From: Escherichia phage ZCEC14
Length of the DNA: 64,000 bases
Sequence record: OP168898.1
Strand: one strand, 5' to 3'
This document shows, piece by piece, positions 59,682-64,000 of the stretch. The translations under genes were made by a program, and so were the position numbers. Positions within the stretch are counted from its first letter, which is position 1; each line of letters starts with the position of its first letter. A model generated the notes under the pieces. The model was not told where the DNA came from, ran no database searches, and saw only the letters and a program-made list of their open reading frames with translations.

Positions 59682-59757
59682 CGAGGCATAGCTCAGAAGG
59701 AAGAGCAAGGACCTTCTAAGTCCTGGGTCGTAGGTTCGATCCCTACTGCCTCGACCA
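59682..59757 (+). tRNA. tRNA-Arg (anticodon UCU)
   Basis: Acceptor cgaggca/tgcctcg, anticodon stem ggacc/gtcc, loop ttctaag. Confidence 0.8.
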
Positions 59758-59775
59758 ATTATAAGTGAGGAAAAT

Positions 59776-60126
59776 ATGAAAGGTAATGTTTATTTAGTAG
59801 TTCATGATTTAACATTCTATTTTAATCATAATGATACTGTTATTTCTGAACGTGTAATTAATTTACTTTATCAGCATGCAGATTATGTTTATGTTGAAAA
59901 CGAATTTGGACATTGGCAATTTATTAAAAATCGTTCATTTGGTTTAGATGGTTACGAATATTTTGAACGTAAAGACCTTTTAGATAAAATTCCGTTATCT
60001 ACACAATATCAAAATCATAAGTCTTTATATAAATGTCGGCTAATTCGAAATGCTGAATCTGCGTATGAAGCAATTGATTTATGGCGTAAACGCCGTGAAC
60101 AGATTGATGCTTTAAAAGAATATTAA
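59776..60126 (+). CDS. Hypothetical protein (116 aa)
   Basis: ORF with RBS gaggaaaatATG directly after tRNA cluster. Confidence 0.55.
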   Translation: MKGNVYLVVHDLTFYFNHNDTVISERVINLLYQHADYVYVENEFGHWQFIKNRSFGLDGYEYFERKDLLDKIPLSTQYQNHKSLYKCRLIRNAESAYEAIDLWRKRREQIDALKEY

Positions 60127-60465
60127 GAAACCGGGTCGCTACCGGTAAGTCGTCGGACTGATGTTCCCTGAGTAAGGACTAGCATTAACAAATCTTTGCG
60201 ATTGGTTAATGCCCCCTTACATCACAGCAGAAACGGCGCACCGAATTATCGATTCGAGGAAATATCTTTGCCGTAAGCCGAGTAGCGTTTTTGACGGAAC
60301 GTTCGGATATGGTCGAGATATGGCCTTTTAAAAATATTGAGTAGCGTCAACTGCTTAATAACCGGGTTCGAATCCCGGCGTTTCGTACAAACACTTGCCT
60401 TAGCAGGTGGAACCCCGACAAGGTTGCCGCAAGGCTTAGCCCCGACCGAAAGGTTGGGGCTTTTT
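60127..60465 (+). ncRNA. Structured non-coding region, candidate stable small RNA(s) analogous to T4 rnaC/rnaD, with tRNA-like T-arm and terminal hairpin+T-run
   Basis: GC-rich, stop-rich; accgggttcgaatcccggc T-arm-like element (60361-60380); terminator agccccgacc-gaaa-ggttggggc-ttttt at 60436-60465. Confidence 0.4.
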
Positions 60466-60555
60466 AGTTTGAATCATATAGAGAATGCTGTTACGGATAA
60501 TAACAAAGTAATAAATAATTAATAACCAACCGATAAATTATTTCAAGGATTTTAA

Positions 60556-61119
60556 ATGAAAACCTATGCCGAATTTTTAACCGAAGCAGCAAAATTACCA
60601 TCTGAAGCAGATCTTACTAAAGTATTCTTCCAATTGGACCCCAAAGACCGTGGTGATTTTCTTAAGTGGAAAGCTAAAGCTATTGAAATGTATAACATTG
60701 ATAATAGTTCTTTTACGATGAGTCAAGAAAATAAATTCAATAAAGCATTTTTCAAAATTTCTAAGAAATTGGCATCTGGCACTCAGGTTCCTAAATCTGC
60801 CTTAGCTACTCCTGAACGTGCACCTGTTAAAATTTCTAAGAATATGTTTGACACTAAAAAATATGTCAATGCTTTGAATAAAGCTCTTGATGCATTGGAT
60901 GATGCAAAGAAGGCAGCTCGTGATCTTCAAGACGTGTACACCGATTTTGATCGTAAAACTAAAGGTTCTATTTCAAATAGCGAACGCAATAGTGTAAGTG
61001 TTTATTCCGATAGCCTTGATGTTCTTGGCGATGCGTATACTGAAATTAAAAATCGTATTAACACTGCATCTAAGCTAAAAGCTGCTGCCGAAGCTATAAT
61101 AACTAAACTAGGTAAATAA
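60556..61119 (+). CDS. Internal-protein-like protein (187 aa) with capsid-targeting-like N-terminus MKTYAEFLTEA
   Basis: N-terminus close to T4 IP capsid-targeting sequence; size similar to IPIII (about 194 aa as recalled). Confidence 0.65.
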   Translation: MKTYAEFLTEAAKLPSEADLTKVFFQLDPKDRGDFLKWKAKAIEMYNIDNSSFTMSQENKFNKAFFKISKKLASGTQVPKSALATPERAPVKISKNMFDTKKYVNALNKALDALDDAKKAARDLQDVYTDFDRKTKGSISNSERNSVSVYSDSLDVLGDAYTEIKNRINTASKLKAAAEAIITKLGK

Positions 61120-61275
61120 TTTTAAATCCCTATCTAAATGATAGGGCTTTTTGGTATCTAGGCCTTTCTGGACCTCTCTAGGCATCATTTAGTTTCTACC
61201 CTTTATAATATATTATCCTATCTTTTAATTGCCCCTCCCTGCTCTAGAATTCCCTAAAATTTTTTTCACAAAACG

Positions 61276-61308
61276 GTTTACATCCCTGTTCTTCCATGGT
61301 ACTATACA
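61276..61308 (+). promoter_or_regulatory. Early promoter cassette (GTTTAC; ccatggtactatac)
   Basis: Shares leader caactatcaactactga and ggagaataaaATG with other cassettes. Confidence 0.5.
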
Positions 61309-61348
61309 ACTATCAACTACTGATACAGAAAACAACTTGGAGAATAAA

Positions 61349-61612
61349 ATGGATAATTACGGCGAACTGTTCAACTTCTTTATGAAATGCGTTTCAGAAG
61401 ATTTCGGTCGTACAGTGAATGATATTAAAGTTATCGGTCCTGACCATCCGATGTTTGAAACTTACGCAGTAATGGGTAATGAAGACGGTCAGTGGTATAC
61501 TGTAAAGGTTGTGATTAACATGTTCACTGCTGAAGGTTATGTTAAACTGTCTTCTAAAGTTTACCATGATAACGATGAAATCGCAGAAGAATATTTCAAT
61601 AATATGAAATAA
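61349..61612 (+). CDS. Hypothetical protein (87 aa from ATG 61349; track ORF start 61229 runs through the promoter)
   Basis: RBS ggagaataaaATG at 61349. Confidence 0.55.
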   Translation: MDNYGELFNFFMKCVSEDFGRTVNDIKVIGPDHPMFETYAVMGNEDGQWYTVKVVINMFTAEGYVKLSSKVYHDNDEIAEEYFNNMK

Positions 61613-61680
61613 TTGTGTACAAACACCAAGGATGGTGTTATTATAGACTTATCAAAACAAATACAGAAACGGAGAAATAA

Positions 61681-61857
61681 ATGACTACTTTAATTATTTG
61701 GTTTGACGAAAATGAAGAAACATACTGCGTGAACATTGGCGAAAGTCCAATGCCAGAATTTGAATCTTCAGATAAAAACTCGGTTGTATCTTGGGCTGAA
61801 GGTTATAAAGCAGCAAAAGGCGATGTTGAAATAGTTTACAAACTATCCGGAGTATAA
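61681..61857 (+). CDS. Hypothetical small protein (58 aa), not in ORF track
   Basis: ATG with RBS acggagaaataaATG; translation MTTLIIWFDENEETYCVNIGESPMPEFESSDKNSVVSWAEGYKAAKGDVEIVYKLSGV. Confidence 0.5.
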   Translation: MTTLIIWFDENEETYCVNIGESPMPEFESSDKNSVVSWAEGYKAAKGDVEIVYKLSGV

Positions 61858-61900
61858 TACTCTCATGGATTTTAAATTTTAATTAACCTAAGGAAATACT

Positions 61901-62494
61901 ATGAACACACTGAAGAAAATTGTTGAGTTTATTCGCACTAAACTTGGTTCTGCTATGGCTAAAAATCTGTCTGTTGAAGAACAGTATACTGCCGCAGCAG
62001 CAAAACTGCTTGATAAAATTAAAGACCTAAAAACTGCTTCTGTTAAATCTATTAATGAAGAAAAGCGTATTCGTGAACTTATCGTTGAAAAGAATAAGCA
62101 GGCCGAATCAAAAGAGCGTGAAATTCGCAAGCTTCTTTCCGAAGGTCAAGATGTAACAATGCATGCTAAACTCGGTTTGCTATATCGTCGAACAGCTGAA
62201 CAGTTGACTACTAAAGCTGATGGTTATGCTGAAATGCGAATTGAAATCGCCAAGAAAGTAGTTGAGTTAGATGATGCTCGTCAAGAACTTGCAGTTAAAT
62301 TGGAATATATCCGTGAAACTCGTGCAGCAAATGCCCTTGGAATTAGTACTGCCGATGATGTAGTTGAAATTGCAGCACTGACTAAGGTTGATATTGAAGA
62401 TACCCTTGCTCGAGTTGAAACCTTTAACGGTAATATTTCTGGGGTTGAAACTACCTCTGCCGATGTTCAGGAATACATTAATTCTCTGAAATAA
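61901..62494 (+). CDS. Hypothetical alpha-helical protein (197 aa); N-terminus [10 protein letters not shown] has an I-x-E site
   Basis: ORF with RBS ctaaggaaatactATG; helix-favouring composition. Confidence 0.6.
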
Positions 62495-62498
62495 TGAT

Positions 62499-62516
62499 AA
62501 GGGGCTTCGGCCCCTT
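62499..62516 (+). terminator. aaggggc-ttcg-gcccctt hairpin
   Basis: Inverted repeat after stop of 61901..62494. Confidence 0.5.
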
Positions 62517-62535
62517 ATACTTGGAGTAAATAGGA

Positions 62536-63150
62536 ATGAAAATGAAAATGCAAAGTGATTTCAATTCAATGTTTGAAGAATTCCAACGACAAGTTGATGT
62601 TCCAGACCAATTGCTAAATGCTCTTAAACGTATGGCAGAAGGGCGTAATTATTATTGGGGTTCTTCATATGAAACTGATGAAAGTCTTTCTGGAAGATTT
62701 TCCAGAGGTAAAAAGTCTTTAATACGTCCTGGAATACTTATTAACAGTATTGAATCAATTTATTCATTGACATGTGATTTTGATGTTGAATTTACTGATT
62801 TCATTTCTCCTGAATGGACAGTTTGTTATTTAAACGACGATTTTGATTATCTCGGTGTTTATAGTTTAAGTGACGCATGGTTTAAACGTAATTTACAAAA
62901 GTCAAATTTATTTTATATTGATACTACAGTAAAATTTCAGGGAAAGAAATATTTCTTTACTCTTATAGTTGATTCTGAAACGAAACATGAAAATAAACGT
63001 ATTCTTAGTAAAAGAAATATCTTGAATATTGTTGATGATCTTTTTGATAAATTAGTGGAAAATCCTAATTTTGAAAGTGATTTATTACTAGAAAAATTTG
63101 TTAAGGAATGTAGAGAATATGTCAAAACCATCACTATACCTTCCAAGTAA
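62536..63150 (+). CDS. Hypothetical protein (204 aa)
   Basis: ORF with RBS ggagtaaataggaATG. Confidence 0.55.
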   Translation: MKMKMQSDFNSMFEEFQRQVDVPDQLLNALKRMAEGRNYYWGSSYETDESLSGRFSRGKKSLIRPGILINSIESIYSLTCDFDVEFTDFISPEWTVCYLNDDFDYLGVYSLSDAWFKRNLQKSNLFYIDTTVKFQGKKYFFTLIVDSETKHENKRILSKRNILNIVDDLFDKLVENPNFESDLLLEKFVKECREYVKTITIPSK

Positions 63151-63511
63151 ACCTGTGAAGTATGAACCAAAGCGTCAGCTAATTCCTACTGATGTATTAA
63201 TAGGTCCTGTGGTAGCTGTATCATTTGTGATTCTGCTGATTGCTGGAATGGTTATAGACGTTATGACTGATATTGAATCTGGTGTAATATTTGGAGCAAC
63301 ACTAATTCTTCCATTAGTAGTTCCATTTTTATTGGTACCTGTAAATTGGGTAGGATATTGGTATCAAGGAAGGCATTATCGTAAACGTGTACGTGAATGG
63401 AAAGCTCAGTGTAAAAAGATTAAAAAGGAACACCAGCTTAAGCTAGATATGTATGAATTTGATGAAATTATGAAATTTGTTAAGGAATCACGATGCAAAA
63501 GCCAAAACTAA
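63119..63511 (+). CDS. Small membrane protein (130 aa from ATG 63119; two TM helices)
   Basis: Hydrophobic segments LIGPVVAVSFVILLIAGMVIDV and GVIFGATLILPLVVPFLLVPV. Confidence 0.5.
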   Translation: MSKPSLYLPSKPVKYEPKRQLIPTDVLIGPVVAVSFVILLIAGMVIDVMTDIESGVIFGATLILPLVVPFLLVPVNWVGYWYQGRHYRKRVREWKAQCKKIKKEHQLKLDMYEFDEIMKFVKESRCKSQN

Positions 63512-63855
63512 ATAAAGTCAAATATTCGTTTCCTGAGTCATTTTTAATTTTTGTTGTGGCGTTGACTGCAGCTCTTGCGGGTAGTCTTTTTGGATTGTTA
63601 ATTGACTGTATTATTTTAAACATCGATAGTTCAGCAATTATAACAGATGTTTGGAGTGAACTTCGTTTTACTATAGCGATTTCATTATTTTCATTCTTTG
63701 GTACCATACTATATTTTCATTATGATAATTTTAAAATAAATTGGCAAAGAAAAAAGGATTACAAAATACAATTAAAAGAATATAATAGCTACATGTCTTA
63801 TATTGAAAATGAATCAATGAAAGAGTTTGCGAGTGATTGCAGGAAATTAAAATGA
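63493..63855 (+). CDS. Small membrane protein (120 aa; two TM helices)
   Basis: Hydrophobic segments FLIFVVALTAALAGSLFGLLIDCIIL and TIAISLFSFFGTILYF. Confidence 0.5.
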   Translation: MQKPKLNKVKYSFPESFLIFVVALTAALAGSLFGLLIDCIILNIDSSAIITDVWSELRFTIAISLFSFFGTILYFHYDNFKINWQRKKDYKIQLKEYNSYMSYIENESMKEFASDCRKLK

Positions 63856-64000
63856 AAACACTATCAGCTGGTATTATCTTTATGACAGAAGATAAAGATT
63901 TATTTATGGGTCGGGTTACTGGTTCTCGTAAGCCTGGAATGATGGCACACCGCTGGGATATTCCAAAGGGCCGTGTAGAAAATTCTGATTTAAGCGCATT
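63852..64000 (+). CDS. Nudix-hydrolase-like protein, 5' part only (runs off window end)
   Basis: N-terminal SAGIIFMTEDKDLFMGRVTGSRKPGMMAHRWDIPKGRVE resembles the start of a Nudix fold (W-x-x-P-x-G-x-x-E). Confidence 0.4.
   Translation, partial: MKTLSAGIIFMTEDKDLFMGRVTGSRKPGMMAHRWDIPKGRVENSDLSA

Noticed and set aside
60337-60522. 61-aa ORF
   Set aside because: No RBS, lies in the structured GC-rich non-coding region and crosses the terminator hairpin.

Overview
This window reads as a contiguous segment of a T4-like (Tevenvirinae) myovirus genome, in reverse orientation relative to the conventional T4 map. Nearly every large ORF matches a T4 structural or replication gene in order and length. 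The order is: small early genes (30.x-like, including a NADAR-like and a HAD-like ORF), DNA ligase gp30, two tandem Alt ADP-ribosyltransferase paralogs, baseplate hub/tube genes 54-48-29-28-27-51 (-) and 26-25 (+), uvsY, uvsW, inh, hoc, rnlB, head genes 24-23-22-21-68-67-20 (-), tail tube/sheath 19 and 18 with an HNH endonuclease gene inserted between them, terminase 17/16, neck 15-14-13, fibritin wac, baseplate/short fibre 12-11-10-9-8-7-6, 5.4-5.1-5-53 (-), 4-2-3-1-57A-57B (+), a cluster of small early ORFs with capsid-targeting-like N-termini, 10 tRNA genes, a structured non-coding region, and further small accessory ORFs ending in a partial Nudix-like gene. Product assignments rest on my recollection of T4 protein sequences, lengths and gene order plus motifs visible in the translations; no database search was run. 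The most interesting parts are the accessory islands: small ORFs with MKT..EF(I/L)xEA N-termini behind repeated early promoter/stem-loop cassettes, the Alt duplication next to a NADAR-like ORF, a Hoc gene with an extra Ig-like repeat, the HNH insertion, and two ORFs interrupted at homopolymer runs. I did not find a clear, self-contained new system such as a defence operon or CRISPR array; the candidates below are leads, not demonstrations.
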